In this document: positions 17,992-26,810 of the stretch, in pieces
Layout: the number at the start of each line of letters is the position of its first letter
Numbering within the stretch: position 1 is the stretch's first letter
Assembly (NCBI GenBank): GCA_036273335.1
Contig: DASUHT010000018.1
Span: forward strand, 586-64,585
Source: Gaiellales bacterium
GTDB lineage: Bacteria > Actinomycetota > Thermoleophilia > Gaiellales > JAICJC01
Reading direction: 5' to 3'
DNA: 64,000 bases
Notes under the pieces: generated by a model
Seen by the model: the letters and a program-made list of their open reading frames with translations, nothing else
What the model was told of the DNA's origin: nothing
Database searches by the model: none
Made by a program: the position numbers and the translations under genes

Positions 17992-18996
17992 TCATGCGCG
18001 GTAGGTCACGATGGCGGATGTGACGAGCAGGTTGAGGGTGGCGGCCGGCAGCAGCAGCTTCCAGCCGATCGACATCAGGTTGTCATACCTGACGCGGGGC
18101 AGCGTGCCCCGGATCCACATCTGGAGCAGGATGAAGATGGCCATCTTGATGAGCATCCAGATCGGGCCGGGCAGGGGCAGCCAGGCCGGCCCCTCGGGGC
18201 CTCCCAGGAAGAGGATCGAGCCCACGGCCGAGAAGGCGATCAGCGAGACGTACTCGGCGTTCTGGAACATCGCCCAGCGCATGCCGCCGTACTCGGTGTG
18301 GTAGCCGGCCACCAACTCGCCCTCGGCCTCCGGCAGGTCGAAGGGGATGCGGCTGACCTCCGCGGTGGAGGCCAGGAAGTAGATCAGGAAGCCCAGGAAC
18401 TGGGGGACGATGTAGGGCATCCCGTCCCGCTTCTGGGCCTCGACGATCCCGTTCAGGGACAGGGTCTGAGCCATCATGACGACGCCGATCACGGCCAGCG
18501 CCAGGCACACCTCGTAGCTGATCAGCTGCGACACCGCCCGCATCGACCCGAACAGCGAGTACTTCGAGCTGGAGGCCCAGCCCCCGACCAGGAAGCCATA
18601 GAAGCTGACCGAGCCCAACGCGAAGACGACCAGCAGGCCGACACTGGGGTCGCTGATCCAGAGGTTGAACTGGAAGTCGGTACCGGGGACGGTCACGCGC
18701 CCGCCGAAGGGGATGACCCCGAAGACCGCCAGGGCCGAGAAGAGGGACACCACCGGCGCCAGCAGGTAGAGCGTCGGGTTCAGCCCCTCGGGCAGGATGC
18801 TCTCCTTGCGCACCAGCTTGACCAGGTCGGCGATCGGCTGGAGGAGGCCGAACGGGCCGACCCGGTTCGGCCCCAGCCGCTGCTGGAAGCGGCCCAGCAC
18901 GCGCCGCTCGACCCAGGTCAGGACGGCGAACGTTGCCATCACCAGGTTGGCCAGGACGAGCGACTTGACGAGGGTGATCCAGAAGCCGTCAGGCAT
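17992..18996 (-). CDS. nuoH: NADH-quinone oxidoreductase subunit H
   Basis: ...RRVLGRFQQRLGPNRVGPFGLLQPIADLVKL... Start taken at MPDGFWITL (ATG 18996), which overlaps the nuoG stop by 8 nt. Confidence 0.9.
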   Translation of the reverse strand: MPDGFWITLVKSLVLANLVMATFAVLTWVERRVLGRFQQRLGPNRVGPFGLLQPIADLVKLVRKESILPEGLNPTLYLLAPVVSLFSALAVFGVIPFGGRVTVPGTDFQFNLWISDPSVGLLVVFALGSVSFYGFLVGGWASSSKYSLFGSMRAVSQLISYEVCLALAVIGVVMMAQTLSLNGIVEAQKRDGMPYIVPQFLGFLIYFLASTAEVSRIPFDLPEAEGELVAGYHTEYGGMRWAMFQNAEYVSLIAFSAVGSILFLGGPEGPAWLPLPGPIWMLIKMAIFILLQMWIRGTLPRVRYDNLMSIGWKLLLPAATLNLLVTSAIVTYRA

Positions 18997-21283
18997 CCGG
19001 CTCCTCGGCGGCGGGCGAGACGCTGCCGGCTCCGACGTAGGGAACGCGCGCGGCCAGCCGCACGGTGTGCCGGCGCAGTCGCCGGGAGACGACCGCGGGG
19101 CCGCTGACGGTGCGGCCGCCAAACTCGACCGAGATGCGGTCGCCGGCGGCGATCCCGAGGTCGCGGGCGTCGTCGTGGCTGAGCTCGATCCCGGTACGGC
19201 GCTGGAAGTGCAGGTGCGGCGCCCGGTCGACCGCCGGGCCGGCCATCAGCTCGCGGTAGCCGACCACGGTCGTCCCCTCCGGCGCCGGCTCGTCGCCGAT
19301 CTGAGCGGCGACCAGGGTGGCGGCGGCCGGGCCGCCGGGGAGCGGTGCCCGCTCGCCGATCTCGGCGTAGCTCTGGCCGGCGAAGGCGGGGATCGCCTCG
19401 GCCATCTCGGCGAATGCCGCCGGCGGATCGTAGGGCAGCTCGACGCCCAGCCGTCCGGCCAGCTCGGACGCCCAGGCGTACCCGTCGGGGACGCCCGGGG
19501 GCGCCGTTGCGGCTGCCCGCACGCGTTGAGTGCGGCCCTCCAGGTTGGTCACGGTGCCGGTCTTCTCGAGCAGGTCGGTGGCGGGGACGAGCGTGGTCAC
19601 CCAGCCCGTCGAGTCACTCTGGAACTGCGTCAGCTGGAGCGCGAAGAAGGCGCGTCCGAGCGCGGTCCGCCAGCGCTCGCCCTGCGACCAGTCGCCGACC
19701 GGATCGGCGCCCAGGAGGACGATCGCCTTGATCCTGCCCGACTCGATCTCGGCCAGCGCCTCGTCCGGCGTGTGGGTGCCCAGGCCCGCGTCCTGGCAGC
19801 CCAGCTCGTTGGCGACCAGGGGCGTCGGCAGCACGCGGCAGCCGCGGGCCTGGCAGACGTGGGCGAGCACCGCCGTTACCGCCGGGCGAAGCGGCGCCGA
19901 CCAGATCAGCACCGAGCGCTCGCCGAGCGCCTGGGCCAGCTCGTCGTGGTCCGAGGTCGCGGCGTGCAGGGCCGCGTGCTCGGTGCCCGGCGCCGCATCC
20001 ACGTGGCTCGCTCCGCTCAGCGTCTCCAGCCGTGTGCCGCCGGGACCGACGTCGATCAGGCGGGCGCCCTTGCCGACGGCGTTTCGAATCCGCAGCTCGA
20101 GCACCGGCGCCCGCAGGCTGAGGTCGGCGTGGCCGGCGACCACGATCACGTCGGCGGAGTCGAGGTCGGCGATCGATGCCCGGTGCGGCCGAAGCGCGTC
20201 CCAGCCGGCCGCCCCCTCCGGGCCGGCAACGCCGATGCCGCCGCCCAGGCCGTCGTCCAGGATCCGCCGCCAGGCGTATGCCTCCTCGTTCGTCTGCTCG
20301 CCGGACGCCAGGACTGCGACCGATCCGCCGCCGAACCTCTCAAGCGTCGAGCGCAGCCGCTCGGCGATGTGCTCCAGCGCGTCGGCCCCGGCGACCTCCT
20401 CGAGGCCGCGGCCGCCGCGGATGCGGGCGGTGGTCACGCGGTCGTCCGCCCGCAGGTGGGTGATCGCGTAGCGCCCGCGGTCGCACAGCCAGCCCTCGTC
20501 GATCTGCGGGTGGTTGCGGGAGAGCAGCCGCGTCACCTGGCCCTCGCGGATGGTGGCCGAGATGTTGCAGCCGACCGCGCAGCCGCCGCACACCGTGGGG
20601 ATGTTCTGGATCTCCCACGGCCGTGCCCGGAAGCGGTAGGTGGTGGAGGTGAGCGCGCCCACCGGGCAGAGCTCGGTCACGTTCCCCGAGAACTCGTTCT
20701 CGTACGGCCGCCCTTCGAAGGTGGTGATGATCGAGTTGGCGCCGCGCTGCTCGGTGACCAGCTGCATGTCGCCCGAGATCGCCTCCGAGAAGCGGGTGCA
20801 GCGGTAGCAGAGGATGCAGCGCTCGCGATCGAGCTTGATCAGCGGCGAGATCGGGATCGGCTTCTCGTGCGTCCGCTTGGGAAGCGTCATGCGCGTGCTG
20901 CCCGGGCCGTAGCGGAAGGTCAGGTCCTGCAGCGGGCACTCGCCGCCCTTGTCGCAGACCGGGCAGTCGAGCGGGTGGTTCAAGAGGATGAACTCGAGCA
21001 CCGCGTGCTGGCCCTCCAGGGCCCGGTCGGATACCGAGTTGACCACCATGCCGTCGGCCGCCGGGGTGGTGCAGGCGGTCTGCAGCTTGGGCATGCCCTC
21101 GATGTCGCACAGACACATCCGGCAGGCGCCGATGGCCGCGCCCAGGCGCGGCTCGTAGCAGAACACGGGGATCTCGACGCCCGCCTGGGCGGCCGCCTCG
21201 ACCAGCGAATAGCCCTTGGGAACGGTCACCTGGCGGCCGTTCACGGTCAGCGTCACCGTCTGCGTGTCAACCGTCGCCATCAT
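18989..21283 (-). CDS. nuoG: NADH-quinone oxidoreductase subunit G
   Basis: CYEPRLGAAIGACRMC, HPLDCPVCDKGGECPLQD and CILCYRCTRF cluster motifs. Start at the ATGATG at 21283/21280, preceded by GGAAGG. Confidence 0.92.
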   Translation of the reverse strand: MMATVDTQTVTLTVNGRQVTVPKGYSLVEAAAQAGVEIPVFCYEPRLGAAIGACRMCLCDIEGMPKLQTACTTPAADGMVVNSVSDRALEGQHAVLEFILLNHPLDCPVCDKGGECPLQDLTFRYGPGSTRMTLPKRTHEKPIPISPLIKLDRERCILCYRCTRFSEAISGDMQLVTEQRGANSIITTFEGRPYENEFSGNVTELCPVGALTSTTYRFRARPWEIQNIPTVCGGCAVGCNISATIREGQVTRLLSRNHPQIDEGWLCDRGRYAITHLRADDRVTTARIRGGRGLEEVAGADALEHIAERLRSTLERFGGGSVAVLASGEQTNEEAYAWRRILDDGLGGGIGVAGPEGAAGWDALRPHRASIADLDSADVIVVAGHADLSLRAPVLELRIRNAVGKGARLIDVGPGGTRLETLSGASHVDAAPGTEHAALHAATSDHDELAQALGERSVLIWSAPLRPAVTAVLAHVCQARGCRVLPTPLVANELGCQDAGLGTHTPDEALAEIESGRIKAIVLLGADPVGDWSQGERWRTALGRAFFALQLTQFQSDSTGWVTTLVPATDLLEKTGTVTNLEGRTQRVRAAATAPPGVPDGYAWASELAGRLGVELPYDPPAAFAEMAEAIPAFAGQSYAEIGERAPLPGGPAAATLVAAQIGDEPAPEGTTVVGYRELMAGPAVDRAPHLHFQRRTGIELSHDDARDLGIAAGDRISVEFGGRTVSGPAVVSRRLRRHTVRLAARVPYVGAGSVSPAAEEPDA

Positions 21284-21464
21284 TGCCTTCCGAGAAACCG
21301 GGGTCTGACCCCGGTTTCTCACCGTCGCCGTAGAGGCCGGTGGCCAGGTCGATCTCCTCCTGGGCCTCGGCCGCCTGCAGCAGGTCGGGAACGACCTGCT
21401 CGGGGTCGGCCCCGGCGTCGATCCGCCGCCGGGCGGCCAGGAAGGCGTCGCGGAAGTCCGTCAT
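21267..21464 (-). CDS. 65-aa acidic small ORF between nuoF and nuoG (MTDFRDAFLAARRRIDAGADPEQVVPDLLQAAEAQEEIDLATGLYGDGEKPGSDPGFSEGNDGDG)
   Basis: Its ATG overlaps the preceding stop (ATGA). GC3 is very high over the first ~45 codons. It ends 17 nt inside nuoG. No family recognised. Confidence 0.45.
   Translation of the reverse strand: MTDFRDAFLAARRRIDAGADPEQVVPDLLQAAEAQEEIDLATGLYGDGEKPGSDPGFSEGNDGDG
21292..21320 (-). promoter_or_regulatory. Perfect 12-bp stem / 5-nt loop hairpin (GAGAAACCGGGG-TCAGA-CCCCGGTTTCTC) immediately 5' of the nuoG RBS
   Basis: Read directly. It lies inside the 3' end of the 65-codon small ORF. Function unknown. Confidence 0.5.
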
Positions 21465-21601
21465 GCCGGCGTCCCTGCGTGCTCGTGGTAGAGCGGGCTG
21501 ATCGGGCTCTGTTCGACGAAGGGACAGCCGCCGTCGTCGATCCGATCACGGGGCAACCAGGGTTCCCCCGTGGGCCCCCTCCTTGCCTCCATGACTGTCA
21601 T
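21461..21601 (-). CDS. 46-aa small ORF (MTVMEARRGPTGEPWLPRDRIDDGGCPFVEQSPISPLYHEHAGTPA) containing a duplicated nuoF C-terminus
   Basis: Its ATG 21601 overlaps the nuoF TGA (ATGA). Its C-terminal half is encoded by the 58-bp repeat copy. It may be a duplication remnant rather than a functional gene. Confidence 0.3.
   Translation of the reverse strand: MTVMEARRGPTGEPWLPRDRIDDGGCPFVEQSPISPLYHEHAGTPA
21484..21541. repeat. 58-bp direct repeat, copy 1 (56/58 identical to 21615-21672)
   Basis: Manual base-by-base alignment. Mismatches at 21512 and 21533. Offset is 131 bp. Confidence 0.9.
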
Positions 21602-22911
21602 GCACCGACCTCCGCGTGGTAGAGCGGGCTGATCGGGCTCTGGTCGACGAAGGGACAGCCGCCCTCGTCGATGTGCCACTGGAATTCCTCGCGGAAGTGG
21701 GTGACATAGCTCGCGACCGGCATCGCCATCGCGTCGCCGAGCGGGCAAAGGCACTTGCCGAGGATGCGGTCGCAGACGTTCAGGAGCAGGTCGAGCTCGC
21801 CCTGGCGGGCGTCCCCCATCTCGATCCGGCGGATGATCTCTACCCCCCACCGCGTGCCCTCCCGGCAGGGCGTGCACTTCCCGCAGCTCTCGTGGCGGTA
21901 GAACTCGGCCACCCGCAGCGCCAGCTGCACCATGCATGTCCGGTCGTCGATGACCACGACCCCTCCCGATCCGGCCATCGAGCCGGCGGCGGCGATCGAC
22001 TCGAAGTCGATGCCGGTGTCCAGCTGGTCGGGCATGAGCAGGGGTGTCGACGAGCCGCCGGGGATGATCGCCTTGATCGTCCGCCCGTCCGGTGCGCCGC
22101 CGCCCAGGCCCTCGACCAGGTCGCGCAGGCTGGCCGTCAGCGGCAGCTCGTAGTTCCCCGGCCGCTTGACGTTGCCGGAGAGCGAGAACACCCGCGTCCC
22201 CTTCGAGCGCTCGGTGCCGATCGCGGCGTACTCGCTGCCCCCCATCTCGAGGATGAAGGGCACCGAGGCCAGCGTCTCGACGTTGTTCACCAGCGTCGGG
22301 GCGGCGTACAGCCCGGCGACCGCCGGGAACGGCGGCTTCGACCGGGGCTGGCCGCGCTCCCCCTCCAGCGAGGACAGCAGGGCGGTCTCCTCGCCGCAGA
22401 TGTAGGCGCCGGCGCCGCGGTGCAGGACGACCGTCGCGTTGTACCCCGAGCCGAGCACGTTCAGGCCGACGTAGCCGCGACTGCGGGCCTCCTCGAGCGC
22501 CCGCCTGAGCACCTCGAACTCGGTGCGGTACTCGCCGCGGATGTAGATGAACGCCGAGGTGGCGCCGATCCCGAAGCTCATGATCAGGACGCCCTCGATC
22601 AGCGCGTGCGGGTTCCGCAGCATGATCTCGCGGTCCTTGAACGTGCCGGGCTCCGACTCGTCGGCGTTCACGCACAGGTAGGCGGGCTTGCGGTCCTTCG
22701 GCAGGAACGAGGCCTTGCGCCCGGTCGGGAAGCCGGCGCCGCCGCGCCCTCGCAGGCCAGACTCGTCGACGGTGCCGACGATGTCGGCGGGGTCCATCTG
22801 GACCGCCTTCTTGAGCTGCTGGTAGCCGCCCGCCTGCTCGTAGGCGTGGATGTCACGGCGGTCGCCGTCGAAGTCGAGGAGGATCCGCCGGCCCGGCACG
22901 ATCGCGCTCAC
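21598..22911 (-). CDS. nuoF: NADH-quinone oxidoreductase subunit F
   Basis: GLRGRGGAGFPTGRK (FMN/NADH site) and ESCGKCTPCREG ([4Fe-4S]). GTG 22911 forms a GTGA overlap with the nuoE stop. Confidence 0.93.
   Translation of the reverse strand: MSAIVPGRRILLDFDGDRRDIHAYEQAGGYQQLKKAVQMDPADIVGTVDESGLRGRGGAGFPTGRKASFLPKDRKPAYLCVNADESEPGTFKDREIMLRNPHALIEGVLIMSFGIGATSAFIYIRGEYRTEFEVLRRALEEARSRGYVGLNVLGSGYNATVVLHRGAGAYICGEETALLSSLEGERGQPRSKPPFPAVAGLYAAPTLVNNVETLASVPFILEMGGSEYAAIGTERSKGTRVFSLSGNVKRPGNYELPLTASLRDLVEGLGGGAPDGRTIKAIIPGGSSTPLLMPDQLDTGIDFESIAAAGSMAGSGGVVVIDDRTCMVQLALRVAEFYRHESCGKCTPCREGTRWGVEIIRRIEMGDARQGELDLLLNVCDRILGKCLCPLGDAMAMPVASYVTHFREEFQWHIDEGGCPFVDQSPISPLYHAEVGA
21615..21672. repeat. 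58-bp direct repeat, copy 2 (inside the nuoF 3' end)
   Basis: Encodes IDEGGCPFVDQSPISPLYH of NuoF. Same alignment as copy 1. Confidence 0.9.
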
Positions 22912-23477
22912 CCGGCCTCCTCGCGCAGGCCGGCCAGGAGCCCGGAGACCTGCTCCGGCCCGACCGGCTCGTGGTACCGCTCGTCGACGCTGACCACCGG
23001 GCCCCAGCCGCAGCCGCCGTAGCACTCCACCGTGCGCAGGGTGAACATCCCGTCCGCGGTCGTCTGGCCGACCTTGATCCCCAGTTGCTCCTCGAAGGCG
23101 CGCAGCGTGTCGCCGGCGCCGACCAGCGCGCAGGAGACGTTCGTGCAGACGCAGATCTCGTGCGCGCCCTGCGGGTGCAGCCGGAACATGTCGTAGAACG
23201 AGGCCACCGACTTGCACAGCGCCGGGGTGAACCCGGTTGCGTCGGCCACCTGCTCGAACGCCTCCGGCGGCAGCCAGCCGAACTCGTCCTGGGCGAGCCG
23301 GAGCGCCGGCACGATCGCCGAGCGTGGCTCCGGGTAGAGGGCGACGACGTCCAGGATGCGGTCGCGAAGCGGCAGCGAGCGGTCGGGCTCGGGCAGCGGA
23401 GCGGGCATCTGCGGCCGTGTCTGGAGGGCGCCGGCCATCGTCTCGGCGCTCGCCGGGTCGGAGTGCCGGTCGCTCAC
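22908..23477 (-). CDS. nuoE: NADH-quinone oxidoreductase subunit E
   Basis: CTNVSCALVG and ECYGGCGWGP [2Fe-2S] motifs. GTG 23477 (GTGA overlap with nuoD) is the assumed start. MAGAL (ATG) is an alternative. Confidence 0.88.
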   Translation of the reverse strand: MSDRHSDPASAETMAGALQTRPQMPAPLPEPDRSLPLRDRILDVVALYPEPRSAIVPALRLAQDEFGWLPPEAFEQVADATGFTPALCKSVASFYDMFRLHPQGAHEICVCTNVSCALVGAGDTLRAFEEQLGIKVGQTTADGMFTLRTVECYGGCGWGPVVSVDERYHEPVGPEQVSGLLAGLREEAG

Positions 23478-24751
23478 CGGTCGGCCTCCCCCATGACGCC
23501 GTCCAGCGAGCCGACGACGGCGATCATGTCGGCGATGTAGCGGTTGACCGAGCACATCGCCGTCGCCTGCAGGCTGACGAAGCTGGGCGCCCGGAAGTGC
23601 ACCCGCCAGGGCTTGGGGCTGCCGTCGGCGACCAGGTAGCAGCCGAACTCGCCGCGCGGCGACTCGACCGCGCAGTAGACCTGACCGGCCGGCGTGCGGA
23701 AGCCCTCGGTGACCAGCTTGAAGTGGTGGATCAGCGATTCCATCGAGGTCTGCAGCTCCTCCCGCGGCGGCAGCACGTACTTGCGGTCGTCCGCCATCAC
23801 CGGGCCCTCGGGCATCCCCTCCAGGCACTGCTCGATGATCCGCACCGACTCGTACATCTCCCTGGTGCGGCACAGGTAGCGCGCGTAGCAGTCGCCCTCG
23901 GCGGCGCTTATGACGTCGAATTCGAGCTGGTCGTAGGCCAGGTAGGGGTCGTTCCGGCGGAGGTCGTAGGGGACGCCGGAGGCGCGCAGGTTCGGCCCGG
24001 TCAGGCCCATCGCGACGGCGGTCTCGGCGGGGATGGTGCCGATGCCCTGGAGCCGGCCCTTCCAGATCGGGTTCTCGGCGGTCAGGTCGAGGTAGGAGTC
24101 GATGTGCTTGGGCATCTCGCGGCAGAACCGCTTGCACTCGGCGTAGAACCCCTTCGGCACGTCCTCGGCGACGCCGCCGAACTGTGGGTAGCGGTCGTGC
24201 ATGCGAACGCCGGTGACCATCTCGAACAGGTCGAGCACGGTGTCGCGCTCGCGCGTGCAGTAGAAGAAGAGCGACATCGCCCCCAGCTCGATGCCGGACG
24301 TGCCCAGGTAGATCAGGTGCGAGTGGATCCGGTTCAGCTCGGCGAACAGCGTCCGCAGCCACTGCGCACGCGGCGGCACCTGGATGCCGATCAGCTTCTC
24401 GACGGCCCCGACGTAGGCCAGCTCGTTCGCGAAGAAGCCGAGGTAGTCCATCCGCGGCGCGTAGGGAATGCCCTTCCAGTACGTCTTCTGCTCGAAGTTC
24501 TTCTCGAACCCCGTGTGCACGTAGCCGATGTCGGCGTCCAATCCGACGACGACCTCGCCGTCCAGGGTCACGATCAGCCGCAGGACGCCGTGCGTGGATG
24601 GGTGGTTGGGCCCGAAGTTCACGGTGATCAGGTCCTCGCCGGGCGGCGGGACGACGTTCGACGGCGCGCCGGGCGGGATCCGGCACGGCGTGCCCAGCGG
24701 CACCACCGGCGCCTGCGGGCGGTCGAGGTCGTTGTCGATTCCGGCGCTCAT
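23474..24751 (-). CDS. nuoD: NADH-quinone oxidoreductase subunit D
   Basis: [15 protein letters not shown] is the signature. 425 aa. Confidence 0.95.
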   Translation of the reverse strand: MSAGIDNDLDRPQAPVVPLGTPCRIPPGAPSNVVPPPGEDLITVNFGPNHPSTHGVLRLIVTLDGEVVVGLDADIGYVHTGFEKNFEQKTYWKGIPYAPRMDYLGFFANELAYVGAVEKLIGIQVPPRAQWLRTLFAELNRIHSHLIYLGTSGIELGAMSLFFYCTRERDTVLDLFEMVTGVRMHDRYPQFGGVAEDVPKGFYAECKRFCREMPKHIDSYLDLTAENPIWKGRLQGIGTIPAETAVAMGLTGPNLRASGVPYDLRRNDPYLAYDQLEFDVISAAEGDCYARYLCRTREMYESVRIIEQCLEGMPEGPVMADDRKYVLPPREELQTSMESLIHHFKLVTEGFRTPAGQVYCAVESPRGEFGCYLVADGSPKPWRVHFRAPSFVSLQATAMCSVNRYIADMIAVVGSLDGVMGEADR

Positions 24752-25326
24752 ACGGCGTCCGTGAACTGCACGGGCTCGCCCCCGATCGGATAGTCCTTGC
24801 GCAGCGGGTGGCCGTCCCAGTCGGACGGCATGATCAGCCGCTTCAGGTTGGGATGGCCGGAGAAGACGACGCCCATCAGGTCGTACTGCTCGCGCTCGTG
24901 CCAGTCGGCCGTCGGCCAGATCTCGACCACGCTGGGCACCGGCTCGCCGTCGTCGACGAAGACCTGCAGGCGGACGCGGTCGGGCGGCGCCCCATCGGCG
25001 TCCACGTGCGCCAGGTGATAGGTCACGCAGAAGCGCGTGGCCGGCACCTCGACGGTGGCCGGGGAGCCCCAGCTCCCGGTGGCGTTCAGGTCACGGCCGC
25101 GCTCGGTGCCGAAGTAGCCCGAGACGTCCTCGCCGTAGCCCAGGAAGTCGACCGCCGACACCGCCGACAGGAAGTTCTTGGCCTGCTCGTCGCGCAGGTA
25201 GCGGCAGACGTCCAGCAGGCTGTCGGCGCGCACCACGATCGTCGGCATGTCGATGCCGTTCGCGTGCGAGACGACCGCCCCGCGGACGTTGCTGGAGATG
25301 GCCTTGGCCAGCTGGTTGGCGGTCAC
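24748..25326 (-). CDS. nuoC: NADH-quinone oxidoreductase subunit C
   Basis: ...[28 protein letters not shown]... is the signature. Confidence 0.93.
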   Translation of the reverse strand: MTANQLAKAISSNVRGAVVSHANGIDMPTIVVRADSLLDVCRYLRDEQAKNFLSAVSAVDFLGYGEDVSGYFGTERGRDLNATGSWGSPATVEVPATRFCVTYHLAHVDADGAPPDRVRLQVFVDDGEPVPSVVEIWPTADWHEREQYDLMGVVFSGHPNLKRLIMPSDWDGHPLRKDYPIGGEPVQFTDAV

Positions 25327-25850
25327 GCCTTCGACTTCTCCAGCTCATAGGCGGGGGCGACGCCGGCCCGGATCTTCCGCTGGATCAGGCGCAGGCCGTC
25401 GATCACCGCCTCCGGCCGCGGCGGGCAGCCGGGGACGTGGACGTCGACCGGCACGATCTTGTCGACGCCCTGCAGGATGGCGTAGTTGGCGAACATCCCG
25501 CCCGAGCTGGAGCAGGCGCCCATCGCCATCACCCACTTGGGCAGCAGCATCTGGTCGTACACCTGGCGAAGCGCCGGCGCCATCTTGTGCGCCACCCGGC
25601 CGGACACGATCATCAGGTCGGCCTGGCGGGGGGACGAGCGGAAGACCTCGGAGCCGAAACGGGCGATGTCGTACCGCGGCGAGGGCAGCACCATCATCTC
25701 GATGGCGCAGCAGGCGAGGCCGAACCCGGCCGGCCAGATCGAGTTCGACTGGCCCCAGGCCAGCGCCTTCTCGACGGTGGTCAGCATGACGTACTCCTCG
25801 AGCTCCTCCGACCGGATGGCCCGCGAGATGTCGACCGGCCTCACCGCCAT
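25323..25850 (-). CDS. nuoB: NADH-quinone oxidoreductase subunit B
   Basis: [19 protein letters not shown] and GCPPRPE motifs. ATG 25850 overlaps the nuoA end by 10 nt. Confidence 0.93.
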   Translation of the reverse strand: MAVRPVDISRAIRSEELEEYVMLTTVEKALAWGQSNSIWPAGFGLACCAIEMMVLPSPRYDIARFGSEVFRSSPRQADLMIVSGRVAHKMAPALRQVYDQMLLPKWVMAMGACSSSGGMFANYAILQGVDKIVPVDVHVPGCPPRPEAVIDGLRLIQRKIRAGVAPAYELEKSKA

Positions 25851-26203
25851 TCCAGTGCACCCCGCTTCCAGACGTAGATGTAGGCGACCACCAGGAGCAC
25901 GACGAACGTCGTCATCTCGGCCAGCCCGAACGTCTTCAGCTGGTGCAGCCGGATGGCCAGCGGGTAGAGGAAGACGACCTCGATGTCGAACACGATGAAG
26001 AGCATCGCGATCAGGTAGGACGACACCGTGAACCGGCCGGGGGTGAAGAGCCGCGCCGAGACGCCCGACTCGAAGGGGATCTGCTTGTCGCCGGCCCGGC
26101 GGTGGCTGCGCGTCGAGACGACGAACGTACCCACCAGAAGCGAGAACGGGATCATGAACGCGATCGCCGCGTAGACCAGGAGAGCTGCCCAATCACCGAG
26201 CAC
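25841..26203 (-). CDS. nuoA: NADH-quinone oxidoreductase subunit A
   Basis: 120 aa with three TM spans, FESGV...[13 protein letters not shown] signature. GTG start at 26203. Confidence 0.9.
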   Translation of the reverse strand: MLGDWAALLVYAAIAFMIPFSLLVGTFVVSTRSHRRAGDKQIPFESGVSARLFTPGRFTVSSYLIAMLFIVFDIEVVFLYPLAIRLHQLKTFGLAEMTTFVVLLVVAYIYVWKRGALEWR

Positions 26204-26240
26204 TGGGGCCGACTATAGCACCGGCACAATGCTTGTGACC
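26204..26240 (-). promoter_or_regulatory. Putative nuo operon promoter: -10 TATAGT (26212-26217, minus strand) 8 nt upstream of the nuoA GTG; weak -35 (GTCACA/GGTCAC); implies a leaderless or near-leaderless nuoA
   Basis: Hexamer read directly on the reverse complement. No Shine-Dalgarno can fit. Confidence 0.45.
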
Positions 26241-26366
26241 CGTGGCGCCGGATGCCGCCTGAAATCACGCTTTTCGATGGGGTGATCGGTGTTACAAAGT
26301 ACCTCGCGAGCGGGCCCTCGCCGACGGCCGCTCAAGCTCCCGGAGGGCGGGTACGATACCTTCAGG

Positions 26367-26744
26367 ATGGTTCATGTGACGCCACGCGCCGCGGCCAAGG
26401 CGCTCGAGCTCCTGGCCGCCGAGAACGACCCGGCACTGACCTGCCTGCGGCTCGGGGTCGAGGGCGGCGGCTGTTCCGGCTACCAGTACGCGCTGGGATT
26501 CGACGGCGAGCCGGCGCCCGGCGACGCGGTCGCCGTCGAGCATGGCCTGCGCGTACTCGTGGATGAGCGCAGCCGGCCGCTCCTGGAGGGGGCAGGCGTG
26601 GATTACGTGGAGGGGCTGACCGGCGCCGGCTTCCAGGTCACGAACCCCAACATGGTCGCCTCCTGCGGCTGCGGAAACTCCTTTCTCCCGCGCAATGAGC
26701 CGGAGCTGGAGCCGGCCGCCGGCGGCGCCGGCTGCGACTGCTAA
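26367..26744 (+). CDS. HesB/IscA/ErpA-family iron-sulfur cluster insertion protein with a C-terminal extension
   Basis: LRLGVEGGGCSGYQY and NPNMVASCGCGNSF motifs. An extra 20-aa tail follows, ...LPRNEPELEPAAGGAGCDC. Start at ATG 26367. Confidence 0.85.
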   Translation: MVHVTPRAAAKALELLAAENDPALTCLRLGVEGGGCSGYQYALGFDGEPAPGDAVAVEHGLRVLVDERSRPLLEGAGVDYVEGLTGAGFQVTNPNMVASCGCGNSFLPRNEPELEPAAGGAGCDC

Positions 26745-26810
26745 GCCGCCGCGGCCGTTAGCGGGGGGCGCCCGCGGGGAATCGGACCATGGTCAGCGAG
26801 GAGGTTGACC

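Noticed and set aside
18797-21622. 941-aa plus-strand ORF antisense to nuoG
   Set aside because: It is an antisense artefact of stop-codon scarcity in GC-rich DNA. NuoG Fe-S motifs are unambiguous on the minus strand.
22908-24686. 592-aa ORF treated as a single gene
   Set aside because: It is a composite. Only the last ~189 codons are NuoE. The remainder is out of frame over nuoD.
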